A stretch of DNA of 50,049 nucleotides from Actinomycetales bacterium (GTDB lineage: Bacteria > Actinomycetota > Actinomycetes > Actinomycetales > CAVURS01): assembly GCA_045807245.1 (NCBI GenBank), contig JBJMHS010000037.1, forward strand, positions 1 to 50,049. Direction: 5' to 3'. Shown in pieces: positions 1 to 9,572 of this stretch. The notes under the pieces are model-generated. The model saw only the letters and a program-made list of their open reading frames with translations. It ran no database searches and was not told the origin of the DNA. Position numbers and translations under genes: made by a program. The first letter of the stretch is position 1; every line of letters starts with the position of its first letter.

Positions 1-1
1 G

Positions 2-1366
2 CTGCTCGATCTCGTGGTCAACCACACCTCGGACCAGCACCCCTGGTTCCAGTCGGCCCGAGCCGCTCCGGACTCGCCGTACCGGGACTGGTATGTCTGG
101 AGCAAGCCCGAACCGTCCGACCGCCGGCAGGGCATCGTCTTCCCCGGCGAGCAGACCGAGACCTGGACGTACGACAAGGCCGCGGGCGAGTGGTACTTCC
201 ACCGCTTCTATGACTTCCAGCCCGATCTGAACTGGGCCAACCCCGACGTACGGGGCGAGATCAAGAAGGTCATGTCGTACTGGCTGCAGCTCGGCGCCTC
301 GGGCTTCCGGATCGACGCCGCTCCGTTCGTCCTGCAGCAGGTGGCGCCGGGCGTCGACCCTGGCCCCGAGGACTTCGGGATCCTCGACGACTGGCGCGAA
401 CAGGTCCAGTGGCGCAACGGCGAGGCCGTGCTGTTGTGTGAGGCGAACGTCGCGCCAGATGAGCTGCCGAAGTACTGTGCCGCCGTCGCCGGTGGCCCTA
501 ACGACCGGGCCCACATGCTGTTCGCCTTCGCCCTGAACGCCAAGCTCTGGCTGGCCCTGGCCCGGCAGGAAGCCGAGCCCCTCGTGGAGGCCCTCGCAAC
601 GATGCCACCGCTCCCGGCCATGGCGCAGTGGGCCACCTTCCTGCGCAACCACGACGAGCTCGACCTCAGCCGGCTGACCGAGGAACAGCGCACCGACGTC
701 ATGAGGGCCTTCGCACCGAAGCCGGAGATGCGCATCTACGACCGCGGCATCAGGCGCCGCCTGTTCTCGATGATGGAGGGCGATCGGGCGCGGACCCAGC
801 TGGCCTACTCCCTGCAGTTCAGCATGCCCGGGACGCCGGTGCTGCGCTACGGCGAGGAGATCGGCATGGGAGAGTCGCTCCGGCTTCGCGGTCGCGACGC
901 CATTCGCACGCCGATGCAGTGGCAGCCGCATGCCACAGCCGGATTCTCCACGGCTGCAGCCGGCCAGCTGATCCGGCCGGTCGTCACCCGAGGCCGGTAC
1001 GCCGCGAGCAAGGTCAACGTCCGCGCTCAGCGTCGCGAGACGGGCTCGCTCCTGCGCTGGTTCGAAGACCTGATCAGCGTCCTGCGGGAGTGCCCGGAGA
1101 TCGGGGTCGGCGAGCCGAGCGTGGTCGACATCCCACTTCCCCGTTCCGTCCTCGTCCATCGCTTCGAGGCGCCGGAGGGGGCGATCCTGCTGCTGCACAA
1201 CCTCTCGCCCGAAGCGGTCTCGGTCGACCTGAGCCCCGTCGCCCTCAGCGAGGAGCCAGTCGAGGTCTTCGCCGACACTGACTACGGTCCGCTCACTCGC
1301 CGTCTCGGTGAGGTCAGCCTGTCGGGCTGGGGATATCGCTGGATCCGCACCCGCCGCGGTGTGTAG
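2..1366 (+). CDS. GH13 alpha-amylase family, trehalose synthase (TreS)-like protein, 5'-truncated by the window edge
   Basis: GH13 motifs DLVVNHTSDQHPWF, QPDLN, GFRIDA (nucleophile), CEAN (acid/base), FLRNHDEL and YGEEIGM. The frame is open to the window start. Confidence 0.88.
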   Translation: MLDLVVNHTSDQHPWFQSARAAPDSPYRDWYVWSKPEPSDRRQGIVFPGEQTETWTYDKAAGEWYFHRFYDFQPDLNWANPDVRGEIKKVMSYWLQLGASGFRIDAAPFVLQQVAPGVDPGPEDFGILDDWREQVQWRNGEAVLLCEANVAPDELPKYCAAVAGGPNDRAHMLFAFALNAKLWLALARQEAEPLVEALATMPPLPAMAQWATFLRNHDELDLSRLTEEQRTDVMRAFAPKPEMRIYDRGIRRRLFSMMEGDRARTQLAYSLQFSMPGTPVLRYGEEIGMGESLRLRGRDAIRTPMQWQPHATAGFSTAAAGQLIRPVVTRGRYAASKVNVRAQRRETGSLLRWFEDLISVLRECPEIGVGEPSVVDIPLPRSVLVHRFEAPEGAILLLHNLSPEAVSVDLSPVALSEEPVEVFADTDYGPLTRRLGEVSLSGWGYRWIRTRRGV

Positions 1367-1375
1367 CGGCCCGGC

Positions 1376-1819
1376 TCAGCTCGGAGAGGTAGGCCGTTCG
1401 GCCAGGGCGCCCAACCGGCCCAGGCTCTCGCGGTTGCGCGGCACGATCAGACGGTCCATGACTGGCTTGGGCACGAGGTGGCCTGGGCCGTCGACCACGG
1501 TCTCCTCCATCGTGACCCGGGTGCCGGACGGTTCCTCCTCGAGCCGGAGCTCCACCCGCGCCCGGCCGAGTGGGCGACCGTTGGCGAGCAGAACCAGTCG
1601 CGACGCCGGCTCGCAGACCTCGACGGTGGTGACGTCTCGAAGGACCAGCGGCCATGCGCCGAACGAGTGGTGGATCCGCGCACCGACAGCAGGCCAGCTG
1701 GGCTCGACCGCCCGCACATGCGATGCACCGACGACCCAGGCCGTGTAGCTCCAACCATCGGCGAGCACTTCGAAGACCCGAGTGGGCCCGACCTTCATCA
1801 CCGTGCTCACCGTCGCCAT
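1376..1819 (-). CDS. SRPBCC (polyketide cyclase/dehydrase-like) family protein
   Basis: 147 aa. VFEVLADGWSY..WVVGA, WPAVGARIHHS.G.WP and the C-terminal helix RNRESLGRL are typical of actinobacterial SRPBCC proteins. Confidence 0.8.
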   Translation of the reverse strand: MATVSTVMKVGPTRVFEVLADGWSYTAWVVGASHVRAVEPSWPAVGARIHHSFGAWPLVLRDVTTVEVCEPASRLVLLANGRPLGRARVELRLEEEPSGTRVTMEETVVDGPGHLVPKPVMDRLIVPRNRESLGRLGALAERPTSPS

Positions 1820-2020
1820 CTAGCCAGGGTGCGGCACGACCGGTTGTGGCGCACTCCGAGACGGTGTCAGCCACGTGGCGCCAAACCGGCACCACGACAC
1901 CGTCTGGCGTTCATGACGGGCTTCGCCGGCTCCGGTCGCACGGTCTGGGGCGGCATGTCAGAGTCGAGAACAGAGCAGTGCTGCCAGCCGCTGCGACGGT
2001 ATCCAGCCGCGAGGACCCCC

Positions 2021-3205
2021 ATGCGCGCACTCACCTGGCAAGGCAAGCGAGACGTGAAGGTCATGGACGTTCCCGACCCGGTGATCGAAGAACCGACCGA
2101 TGCCATCGTCAAGGTCACGTCGACCGCGATCTGCGGCAGCGACCTGCACCTGTACGAGGTGCTCGGACCGTTCCTGCGCTCCGGGGACGTGCTCGGCCAC
2201 GAGGCCATGGGCATCGTCGAGGAAGTCGGCCCCGCGGTCAGCCAGATCACACCGGGCGACCGGGTCGTCGTACCGTTCAACATCTCGTGCGGCTCATGCT
2301 GGATGTGCGACCGCGGGCTGTTCGCCCAGTGCGAGACGACCCAGGTGCGCTCTCACGGCAAGGGATCGGCACTGTTCGGCTACACCGAGCTCTACGGCTC
2401 GGTCCCGGGCGGTCAGGCGGAGTACGTGCGAGTCCCTCAGGCCCACTTCGGCCCGATCAAGGTGCCAGACGACGTGCCCGACGAGCGGGTGCTCTACCTC
2501 TCCGACATCCTGCCGACGGCCTGGCAAGGCGTCGCCTACGCGGCCCTGGAGCCCGGCGACACCCTGGCCGTTCTGGGGCTCGGACCGGTCGGGCAGCTGG
2601 CCGGACGCGTCGCGCTGCACCAGGGAGCCGGGCGGGTCATCGGGGTCGACCTCGTCCCGGATCGCCTCCAGCTCGCGGCCAAGCACGGGATGGAACCGCT
2701 CGACATCAACGACTGCGACGACGTCTCGGAAGCCCTCATCGATCTGACCGGCGGGCGCGGTCCGGACGCCATCCTCGACGCCGTGGGCATGGAGGCGCAC
2801 GGCTCTCCCGCGGGCAAGCTCGCGCACGCCGCGGTGGGGCTGCTCCCGGACGCAGTGGCCAAGCCGATGACGGAACGGATCGGTGTGGACCGCCTGGCCG
2901 CCCTGCGCACCGCGATGAAGGCCGTACGACGCGGCGGCACCGTGTCGGTCAGTGGCGTGTACGGCGGCGAGCTGGACCCGTTGCCCATGATGGAACTGTT
3001 CGACCGAGGTGTGCAGATCCGAATGGGCCAGTGTCACGTCAAGCGTTGGGTCGACGAGATCCTCCCGGCCGCGCTGGCGGAGAACGACCCACTGGGGCTG
3101 GAAAGCCTTGCGACGCATCATCTTTCGTTGCAGGACGCACCCCACGGTTATGACATCTTCCAGCGCAAGGACGACGGCTGCATCAAGGTCGTCCTCAGCC
3201 CGTGA
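2021..3205 (+). CDS. Zn-dependent alcohol dehydrogenase (formaldehyde dehydrogenase-like MDR)
   Basis: ATG 2021 follows GAGGA. Motifs ICGSDLH, GHE, structural Zn site CGSCWMC..C, LSDILPT and GLGPVG. Confidence 0.92.
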   Translation: MRALTWQGKRDVKVMDVPDPVIEEPTDAIVKVTSTAICGSDLHLYEVLGPFLRSGDVLGHEAMGIVEEVGPAVSQITPGDRVVVPFNISCGSCWMCDRGLFAQCETTQVRSHGKGSALFGYTELYGSVPGGQAEYVRVPQAHFGPIKVPDDVPDERVLYLSDILPTAWQGVAYAALEPGDTLAVLGLGPVGQLAGRVALHQGAGRVIGVDLVPDRLQLAAKHGMEPLDINDCDDVSEALIDLTGGRGPDAILDAVGMEAHGSPAGKLAHAAVGLLPDAVAKPMTERIGVDRLAALRTAMKAVRRGGTVSVSGVYGGELDPLPMMELFDRGVQIRMGQCHVKRWVDEILPAALAENDPLGLESLATHHLSLQDAPHGYDIFQRKDDGCIKVVLSP

Positions 3206-3209
3206 GCTC

Positions 3210-3269
3210 AGCCCCGGCCCCGCCGGGTGGCGACCGCGTGCGCGGCCGCCACCCAGGCGTGCTGGGGCT
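3210..3269. terminator. Long imperfect hairpin between convergent genes (probable bidirectional terminator)
   Basis: Core GGGTGGCG-A-CCGCG/TG/CGCGG-C-CGCCACCC with outer arms AGCCCCGGC/GCTGGGGCT, filling the gap between two stop codons. Confidence 0.6.
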
Positions 3270-3817
3270 CAGCCAGCGTCGTGGCGCACGTCGGTCGCAG
3301 CCGAACGGCCTTCTTCCCTGACCGTCGCGGCCGCATCCGTCGCACTCTGCTTGACCGCTCCGGCCGCCTGCTGGGCCGGCTCCTTGAGCTCACTCGCAGT
3401 GTGCTGCGCGATCTGCCTGGTCTCCTCCATCAGCGGCTGAGCCTTGTCCTTGGCGTCCGCCGCCAAGGAGCGCTCGCGGTCCGTGGCCGGCAGGAGCGAT
3501 GAGACGAGTGCGCCCAGGCCGAACGCGATGAGACCGGCCGCCAGGGGGTTTCCCTGCGTACGCCGGGTCACCTGCACCGGCGCGTTCGCGGCCGCATCGC
3601 CGACCGCGTGAACCGCCTCGCCGGCCATGTCCTGCGCGTGGGACGAGCTGCCCATCACGCTTTCCTTCACGGACGAGAACGCTCCTGTCACCCGCTGCGT
3701 CTTGCGCCGCATGACGGTCTTGGGGTTGACCTCGTCGGCCAAGGCGTTGACGTCGTCACTCAGGCTGGCCCGGGTTCGCTCGATGTCGGCCCGGATCAGG
3801 TCAGGGTCGGTACTCAT
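3269..3817 (-). CDS. DUF3618 domain protein (Ala/Gln-rich helical, one hydrophobic segment)
   Basis: N-terminus MSTDPDLIRADIERTRASLSDDVNALADEVNP and the NPLAAGLIAFG segment. ATGA overlap with the stop of the upstream gene at 3814-3817. Confidence 0.85.
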   Translation of the reverse strand: MSTDPDLIRADIERTRASLSDDVNALADEVNPKTVMRRKTQRVTGAFSSVKESVMGSSSHAQDMAGEAVHAVGDAAANAPVQVTRRTQGNPLAAGLIAFGLGALVSSLLPATDRERSLAADAKDKAQPLMEETRQIAQHTASELKEPAQQAAGAVKQSATDAAATVREEGRSAATDVRHDAG

Positions 3818-4236
3818 GCGTTCTCCTCTTCGTGCCCCTTCAGGGCGGTAGGAATCTTCTTCACGCTGTCGGTGGTGCGGTCGAGACCTCGGGCCGATTT
3901 CAGCTGCCGTCGGCCGATCAACGCCAAGACGGCGCAGACAACGGCCCACAGCGCGGCGAGAACCAACCCGGACCAGCCCCGACCGATGCTGTTGCCCAGA
4001 ACCCACCAGAGGGCGATGGACAGGAACAGCAGCACGAAGTGGCCGGCCACGCCGGCCCCGCCGAGCAGACCCGCGCCCCTGCCGACGCGCGTCGCGGACT
4101 GGGTGGCCTCGGCCTTCGCCAGGGCGATCTCCTGCCGGAGCAGGTCGGACAGGTCCTTGCTCACGTCACCGAGCAGGCCGCCGATCGATGGGCGTTCCGT
4201 GGAGGTCGCCGTCGCGGAGTCGGTCGGGGTGCTCAT
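3814..4236 (-). CDS. Actinobacterial holin-X / phage holin superfamily III (YqjE-like) membrane protein
   Basis: SIGGLLGDVSKDLSDLLRQEIALAKAE followed by two TM helices. Overlaps both neighbours. Confidence 0.88.
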   Translation of the reverse strand: MSTPTDSATATSTERPSIGGLLGDVSKDLSDLLRQEIALAKAEATQSATRVGRGAGLLGGAGVAGHFVLLFLSIALWWVLGNSIGRGWSGLVLAALWAVVCAVLALIGRRQLKSARGLDRTTDSVKKIPTALKGHEEENA

Positions 4237-4946
4237 CAGTACTGGCCCGCGATCGGGTCGACGGGCTGGAGGCTCTCGCCCGCCGGGCGACCCGGGTCCG
4301 CCAGGTGGCGTGCTTCCTGCGGCTCGCCCTCCTTGAGTCCCCGGCCGAGACGTCCGGCCAGCACTCCGGCCGCGGCCGCGAGACCCAGGAAGGCTCCCGG
4401 CCGCTCGCGGGCGAACGACCTGACCTCGTCGATCACCTGACCCGGCTCCCGCGACTCCAGCCAGCTCGCTAGCGAGTGGGCGCGGTGAGACGCCTGACGA
4501 GCGAGATCTGTCGCCAGACCCTGCTCCATGGAGCTGTCGGCCATGGAGCTCAGCTCGCGGGACAGCGACTGCAGGCCGGTGGCCAGACGGTCCTGCTGTT
4601 GGGCCGCCTGCTCGCGCAGCTGATCGCGTCCCTGACCGAGCAGGTCCTCGGCCTGCGACCTGGCCTCGGCCGCGACGTTGCCGGCCTGGTCCTTGGCCAC
4701 CCCGGCCATGTGCTGGCCCGCTTCCTTGGTGCTGTCCTTGACCTGCGCGACCTTGCCGTCGCCGTCGTGACCATCGCCACCGCCGGCGCCCGCTCCTGGG
4801 CGCGCCACGGACGGGGCCGGGCGGTCGGTGCTCGGGACGCCGGCGGAGGGGTACACGTCGAGGCGGTCGTCGATGTCTGTGGCGAGGACGCCGGTCGGCT
4901 CGTCGCCGACGATCCCTGCGTCTCGCTCGTTCGGGTGTTGACTCAT
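4236..4946 (-). CDS. Hypothetical helical protein of the holin-X/DUF3618 operon (ElaB/YqjD-like C-terminal anchor)
   Basis: ATG 4946 follows GAAGGAAG. Ala/Gln-rich repeats and C-terminal VRSFARERPGAFLGLAAAAGVLAGRL. Confidence 0.75.
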   Translation of the reverse strand: MSQHPNERDAGIVGDEPTGVLATDIDDRLDVYPSAGVPSTDRPAPSVARPGAGAGGGDGHDGDGKVAQVKDSTKEAGQHMAGVAKDQAGNVAAEARSQAEDLLGQGRDQLREQAAQQQDRLATGLQSLSRELSSMADSSMEQGLATDLARQASHRAHSLASWLESREPGQVIDEVRSFARERPGAFLGLAAAAGVLAGRLGRGLKEGEPQEARHLADPGRPAGESLQPVDPIAGQY

Positions 4947-4956
4947 GGTGCTTCCT

Positions 4957-6039
4957 TCAGCTCGGTGTTGATCGGTCGGTCGGCCGGTTCTGGTCCGCTC
5001 GTTCACGGATGTCCACGGCCTGGTCGTGTGCTTTGCGGTCCTTGGCTCGCTTCTTCACCAAGGTTCGGTCATCTCGGGGTGGCAGCTGGATGCTGTCCTC
5101 GGCGGCCATTCCGGCCTGGAGCTGCCGGCTGCGCTCCAGCTCGGAGTCCAGCTCCGCGCCGAACAGCAGTGCGAGGTTCGTGAGCCAGAGCCAGAGCAGG
5201 AAGACGATGACGGCGGCCAGGCTGCCGTAGGTCTTGTCGTACCTGCTGAAGTTGGCCGCGTAGAGGCCGAAGAGCGCCGAGGCGACGACCCACACGACCA
5301 GCGCGACCAGAGCGCCTATGCTCATCCAACGGAACCTCGGCTGCCGGACGTTGGGTGTGGCGTAGTAGAGGATCGCGATGACCACCACGACGACGGCGAC
5401 GATCGCCGGCCACTTGACGACCGAGAAGACCGTGACCGCCGTACGCCCCAGACCGATCTGGTCGCCGATGGCTCTGGCCAGCGGCCCGGTCACCACCAGA
5501 CTGACGGCGATCAACGCGGTCAGCACCTCGGCCACCAGCGTGATCAGGATCTGCACCGGCCGCAGCTTCCAGAACGGCCGGCCCTCGCCGATCTCGTAGA
5601 TCCTGTTCATGGCCCGGCCGAACGCCCCGACGTACCCCGAGGCGGTCCAGAGTCCGGCCACGGCGCCGATGACCAGGCCGAGGCCGGCACCCTTGGACCG
5701 TGCGATCTCCTCGAGCGAGGGCCGCACTGCGTCGGCCACGCCGGAGGCTCCGACCTGCGTCAGGACATCGAGAACGGCGTTGATCGTCTTCGGGCCCTGC
5801 CCCACGACACCCAGCAGTGAGACGACGGCGATCGCGGCCGGAAAGATCGAGAGGACGGCGTAGTAGGTCAGCCCCGCGGCCAGGTCGGTGCATTGGTCTT
5901 CGGAGAACTCGGCCAGCGTCCGCTTGAGCGCGAACCGCCACGAGGGCTTGTGCAGCTCGGTCGGGGACCGTGGCTTGCGGGGGTCGTCCGGCTCCGGAAA
6001 CTGGCTGGTCGGCACGGAAACTGCGGGTTGGCGGGCCAT
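4957..6039 (-). CDS. YihY/virulence factor BrkB family membrane protein
   Basis: DQCTDLAAGLTYYAVLSIFP, LWTASGYVGAFGRAMNRIY, YDKTYGSLAAVIVFLLWLW and multiple TM helices. GGAGG RBS upstream. Confidence 0.92.
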   Translation of the reverse strand: MARQPAVSVPTSQFPEPDDPRKPRSPTELHKPSWRFALKRTLAEFSEDQCTDLAAGLTYYAVLSIFPAAIAVVSLLGVVGQGPKTINAVLDVLTQVGASGVADAVRPSLEEIARSKGAGLGLVIGAVAGLWTASGYVGAFGRAMNRIYEIGEGRPFWKLRPVQILITLVAEVLTALIAVSLVVTGPLARAIGDQIGLGRTAVTVFSVVKWPAIVAVVVVVIAILYYATPNVRQPRFRWMSIGALVALVVWVVASALFGLYAANFSRYDKTYGSLAAVIVFLLWLWLTNLALLFGAELDSELERSRQLQAGMAAEDSIQLPPRDDRTLVKKRAKDRKAHDQAVDIRERADQNRPTDRSTPS

Positions 6040-6185
6040 CACACCTCCGACAACATGGACGTGGAGGCGACGGCTTCACCCACACCACAACGGTACGGCG
6101 CCGTGGCCACAGCGCATCTTGAACGCGTTGCCTGCCGCCCGCAGGCGCCGCGCGACGTACTCGCTGTGCGGCTGGTCCTCCAACG

Positions 6186-7550
6186 TCAGCGCGGTGGCCC
6201 GACGGAAGGATGTTCGAGAGCCCCTCCCCTCAGCGCCGGGGATCGCCGGTAGCTCCGCAACACCCGAGCGATCGTCCGTGGCCGCAGTAGCACCGAAGGC
6301 GGCTGGACCAGGTTGAGCACCAGGTTGAAGGTGCGGGCCAGCGGCAGTGACACGTGCGTGGCGCGGGCCACGTTCATGACGTAGCGGTTCGCCAGGTCGG
6401 TGCCGCGCGGCTTCGGTCCTCGGGTCTGCGGGTGGAGGAAGTCGGCTCCGACCGCGATCGCCCAGGGGGCGTCGATGATCTTCGCCGCCCGCTGGTGGAA
6501 CTGACGCGGCAGCTCGGGCGGACGGATCCCGAGGGTCCGTACGACGTCGCCCAGGGCAGCCGCCTGCACGGCGGCACAGGCCATGCCTTGGCCGTACACG
6601 GGGTTGAAGCTGCAGGCCGCGTCCCCGACGGCGACGAACCGCGGCAACAGCCGGCCCACACGCTCGAAGTGCCGCCTCTGGCTGGAGGGGAACCGGTACG
6701 GCACGATCGGCGAGGTCGGCTCGCATCGGTCGAGCAGCTGGCCGACCGTCGGGGACAACAGGCTCCGGGCGAAGTCCCGGAAGCCCTGCTCGTCGGTCGG
6801 CGGCACATCACCGTGGACGCCGGCCAAGGTGACCATCCATCGGTCGCCCTCCACGGGGAGCACGACCCCGCCGCGGTAGCTCGTCGGCGGCGATGTCGCG
6901 CACGCGACGAAGGACCCTTCGAAGTCGTCTTCGGAGCGAGTGAGGAAGCGGCTGGCGTAGGCACAGTCGATGCTCACCCGGCTCACCGGTGGTGACAGCA
7001 TCCCGGACGACTCGAGCTGGCGGACGAGCCGCGAGCTCCGGCCGGACGCGTCGACGACCAGCTCGGCTCGCCGTTCCCCGTCGGCCAACCCGACGCCGGT
7101 CACGGTGAACCCCCCGATCGTCACGCGCTCGACCTCCACGCCGTCCTCGATGACGACGTTGCCGAGCGCGGCCACGCGACGCCGGACCACCTGCTCCAGC
7201 AGCGGGCGCGTCATGCTCAGGACCGTCACACCCCAGTCGCCGCGAGCGCGGTAGCCGCCGGCCTGGAACAGCCAGGCCCGAGACCCGTCGATGCGCACGG
7301 CCCCCAGGCCCTCCAGCTCGTCGTCGATGCCGGGGAACCAGGAGACCAGCCGGTCGAGCCCCGCCGCCAGGAACAGGTGCAGGTGCTTGCCTTGCGGCAC
7401 GTGGCCTCGCGGCTCTGCCGTGTCGAGCAGCACCTCGCGTTCGAAGACGACCACCTCGTCGACGTGGTCGGCCAGGGCGCGTGCGCTCAACAGCCCCGCC
7501 ATGCCGGCACCGACCACGAAGGCTCGGGTCGCCGGTGCTTCGGCTGCCAT
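6186..7550 (-). CDS. FAD-dependent oxidoreductase/monooxygenase
   Basis: VVGAGMAG Rossmann motif, VPQGKHLH, VVDASGRSS and GDAACSFNPVYGQGM. Confidence 0.88.
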   Translation of the reverse strand: MAAEAPATRAFVVGAGMAGLLSARALADHVDEVVVFEREVLLDTAEPRGHVPQGKHLHLFLAAGLDRLVSWFPGIDDELEGLGAVRIDGSRAWLFQAGGYRARGDWGVTVLSMTRPLLEQVVRRRVAALGNVVIEDGVEVERVTIGGFTVTGVGLADGERRAELVVDASGRSSRLVRQLESSGMLSPPVSRVSIDCAYASRFLTRSEDDFEGSFVACATSPPTSYRGGVVLPVEGDRWMVTLAGVHGDVPPTDEQGFRDFARSLLSPTVGQLLDRCEPTSPIVPYRFPSSQRRHFERVGRLLPRFVAVGDAACSFNPVYGQGMACAAVQAAALGDVVRTLGIRPPELPRQFHQRAAKIIDAPWAIAVGADFLHPQTRGPKPRGTDLANRYVMNVARATHVSLPLARTFNLVLNLVQPPSVLLRPRTIARVLRSYRRSPALRGGALEHPSVGPPR

Positions 7551-7609
7551 CGCGACTCCCTAGCAGAACGGTTCGTTCCCCCCGCAGTCTGACCCTCTCG
7601 CACCCGGGT

Positions 7610-7636
7610 GGAACCGCCAGCGGCCGGCGCTGCGTA
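7610..7636 (+). promoter_or_regulatory. Candidate ECF-sigma promoter for the secreted protein
   Basis: GGAACC (7610-7615)-N17-CGTA (7633-7636), about 45 nt before ATG 7682. Confidence 0.45.
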
Positions 7637-7681
7637 TTCAGGTCGACCGACCCAAGGCAGTTCAACGCACAGGAGGACGAC

Positions 7682-8317
7682 ATGAGGTTTACCAAGGCCA
7701 AGGCCGCCACCGTCATCGGAGTCGCGGCCCTCGCCGTCAGCGGCGTGAGTACCGCTCAGGCGGTCAGCAGTGCGAGCTCGAAGCATCGGGTCAGCTTCTC
7801 GTTGCAGCGCTCGACCGCGTCGCTCGCCGCGAACTGCCTGGCCGGTGCCGGCGCCAAGGTGACCGTGGTCAACAAGGGCCCGGTCGAAGTCATGACGATC
7901 GACGCCAAGAACCTGCCGAAGAACACCGAGTTCGACGTGTTCATCACCCAGGTGCCCAACGCTCCGTTCGGAATCTCTTGGTACCAGGGCGACTTGGAGT
8001 CGGACGCTCAGGGCAACGCGCACGGCCAGTTCGTCGGTCGGTTCAGCGTCGAGACCTTCGCCGTCGCTCCTGGCGCGGCACCGGCTCCGGTGGTCCACGA
8101 CAGCGGGACCATCGTCGACGCATCGACCAACCCGGCCTTCGCGCCGGTGCACACCTACCACGTGGGTGTCTGGTTCAACTCCGGCGTGGACGCGGGCAAC
8201 GCAGGCTGCGCCAACGTCGTGACCCCGTTCAACGGTGACCACACCGCAGGGCCACAGGCCCTGAGTACGCGTCAGTTCGCCGACACGTCCGGTCCGCTAC
8301 GTCAGCTGGTTCCCTGA
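7682..8317 (+). CDS. Secreted hypothetical protein
   Basis: AGGAGG RBS. Sec signal peptide MRFTKAKAATVIGVAALAVSGVSTAQA, followed by a beta-rich mature domain with two Cys. Confidence 0.82.
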   Translation: MRFTKAKAATVIGVAALAVSGVSTAQAVSSASSKHRVSFSLQRSTASLAANCLAGAGAKVTVVNKGPVEVMTIDAKNLPKNTEFDVFITQVPNAPFGISWYQGDLESDAQGNAHGQFVGRFSVETFAVAPGAAPAPVVHDSGTIVDASTNPAFAPVHTYHVGVWFNSGVDAGNAGCANVVTPFNGDHTAGPQALSTRQFADTSGPLRQLVP

Positions 8318-8344
8318 CCGTCGCCCCAGTCCGCCCGAGTACGT

Positions 8345-8374
8345 CGGCCGCGTGGCCTCTTGGCCACGCGGCCG
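8345..8374. terminator. Perfect 13-bp hairpin between convergent genes
   Basis: CGGCCGCGTGGCC-TCTT-GGCCACGCGGCCG. Confidence 0.65.
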
Positions 8375-8470
8375 GCGACCTGCTCATGGACGCCAGACGG
8401 AGGCGTCCTGGACCGCTCCCTGGCCGCGGTCCGGGACGCCCCCGCCACTCCGCAAGGGAGCAGGACGAGG

Positions 8471-9478
8471 CTACGCCGAAGCGCGACGCCAAGCGAGACC
8501 GGCCGCGGCGGCTGAGCCGAGGACAGCGGATGCCAGTAGGCCGTGGTGCTCGGACGCCCACAGCTGCAGCGAACGCTGGGACGACCGCTGGTCGAAGATG
8601 CCGTGGGCTCCGTAGTCGTGGCCGCTGGTGCCGTCCGCTGGCTGCCACAGGTTGCCGCCACGATGCGGATCGTGCGGAGCGTCGGTCTGCTGAGAGTCGA
8701 AGCCGGTCCGGGCCAGGTATCGGTCCAACAGCCCTGGTGCCACTGCGTTCGCGACCAAGGTCGCGGCGGTGCTGCCGCCCACCCAGTACTCCCGGCGACG
8801 GGGGTGGTCCGCGGCGTACAGGACGGCGCGCGCAGCAAGCTCGGGCTGGTAGATCGGAGGCACGGGCTGGGCCTGACGACGCATCCGCGACGTGAGCCAG
8901 GTGAACTGCGGGGTGTTGACCGCTGGCATCTGCACCATGGTGACCCGCACGCCGCTCCGCTCGTGCAGGAGCTCGCAGCGCACCGCCTCGTGAAAGCCCT
9001 GGATCGCGTGCTTGGCACCGCAGTACGCACTCTGCAGGGGGATCCCTCGGTAGGCCAGGGCCGACCCCACCTGGACGACGACTCCCTTGTCCCGCGGCTT
9101 CATCCGCGACAGAGCGGCCTTGGTGCCGTAGACGTAGCCGAGGTAGCTCACCGCCGTCACGCGCTCGAACTCCTGGGGCGTGATCTCCTGCACCTTGCCG
9201 AAGACGGACGTGAAGGCCACGTTCACCCATACGTCGATCGGTCCGAGCTCACGCTCGGCCCGCTCCGCCGCCGCATCCACCGCTTGCACGTCAGCGACAT
9301 CGGTCGGGACGGCGATGCCCATCGAGCCGGCTTCCTCGACGTCGTGCAGCGCATCTTTCAGCCCCGTTTCGCCTCGCGCCAGCAAGGCGATCCGTGCGCC
9401 CCGAGCGGCAAAGGCCCGAACCACTGCCCGGCCGATACCGCCGGACGCACCTGTCACCACAACGACTTGTTCATTCAC
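8471..9478 (-). CDS. Short-chain dehydrogenase/reductase (SDR)
   Basis: TGASGGIG, VWVNVA, VGS and YCGAK (YxxxK). GTG 9478 lies 6 nt downstream of the -10-like CACAGT. Confidence 0.92.
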   Translation of the reverse strand: MNEQVVVVTGASGGIGRAVVRAFAARGARIALLARGETGLKDALHDVEEAGSMGIAVPTDVADVQAVDAAAERAERELGPIDVWVNVAFTSVFGKVQEITPQEFERVTAVSYLGYVYGTKAALSRMKPRDKGVVVQVGSALAYRGIPLQSAYCGAKHAIQGFHEAVRCELLHERSGVRVTMVQMPAVNTPQFTWLTSRMRRQAQPVPPIYQPELAARAVLYAADHPRRREYWVGGSTAATLVANAVAPGLLDRYLARTGFDSQQTDAPHDPHRGGNLWQPADGTSGHDYGAHGIFDQRSSQRSLQLWASEHHGLLASAVLGSAAAAGLAWRRASA

Positions 9479-9572
9479 CAGTCGACTGTGACTCAATGCG
9501 TGCGGAGCCGCATTTCGGCGCTGGCCGACGTCCCTGGTCGCTGAAGGGGCCGCCGGCATCGGCGGCCGACGG

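Noticed and set aside
3814..4236. Holin-family gene as evidence of a prophage
   Set aside because: It sits in the chromosomal YihY/holin-X/DUF3618 arrangement, with no integrase, capsid, terminase or tail genes in the window.
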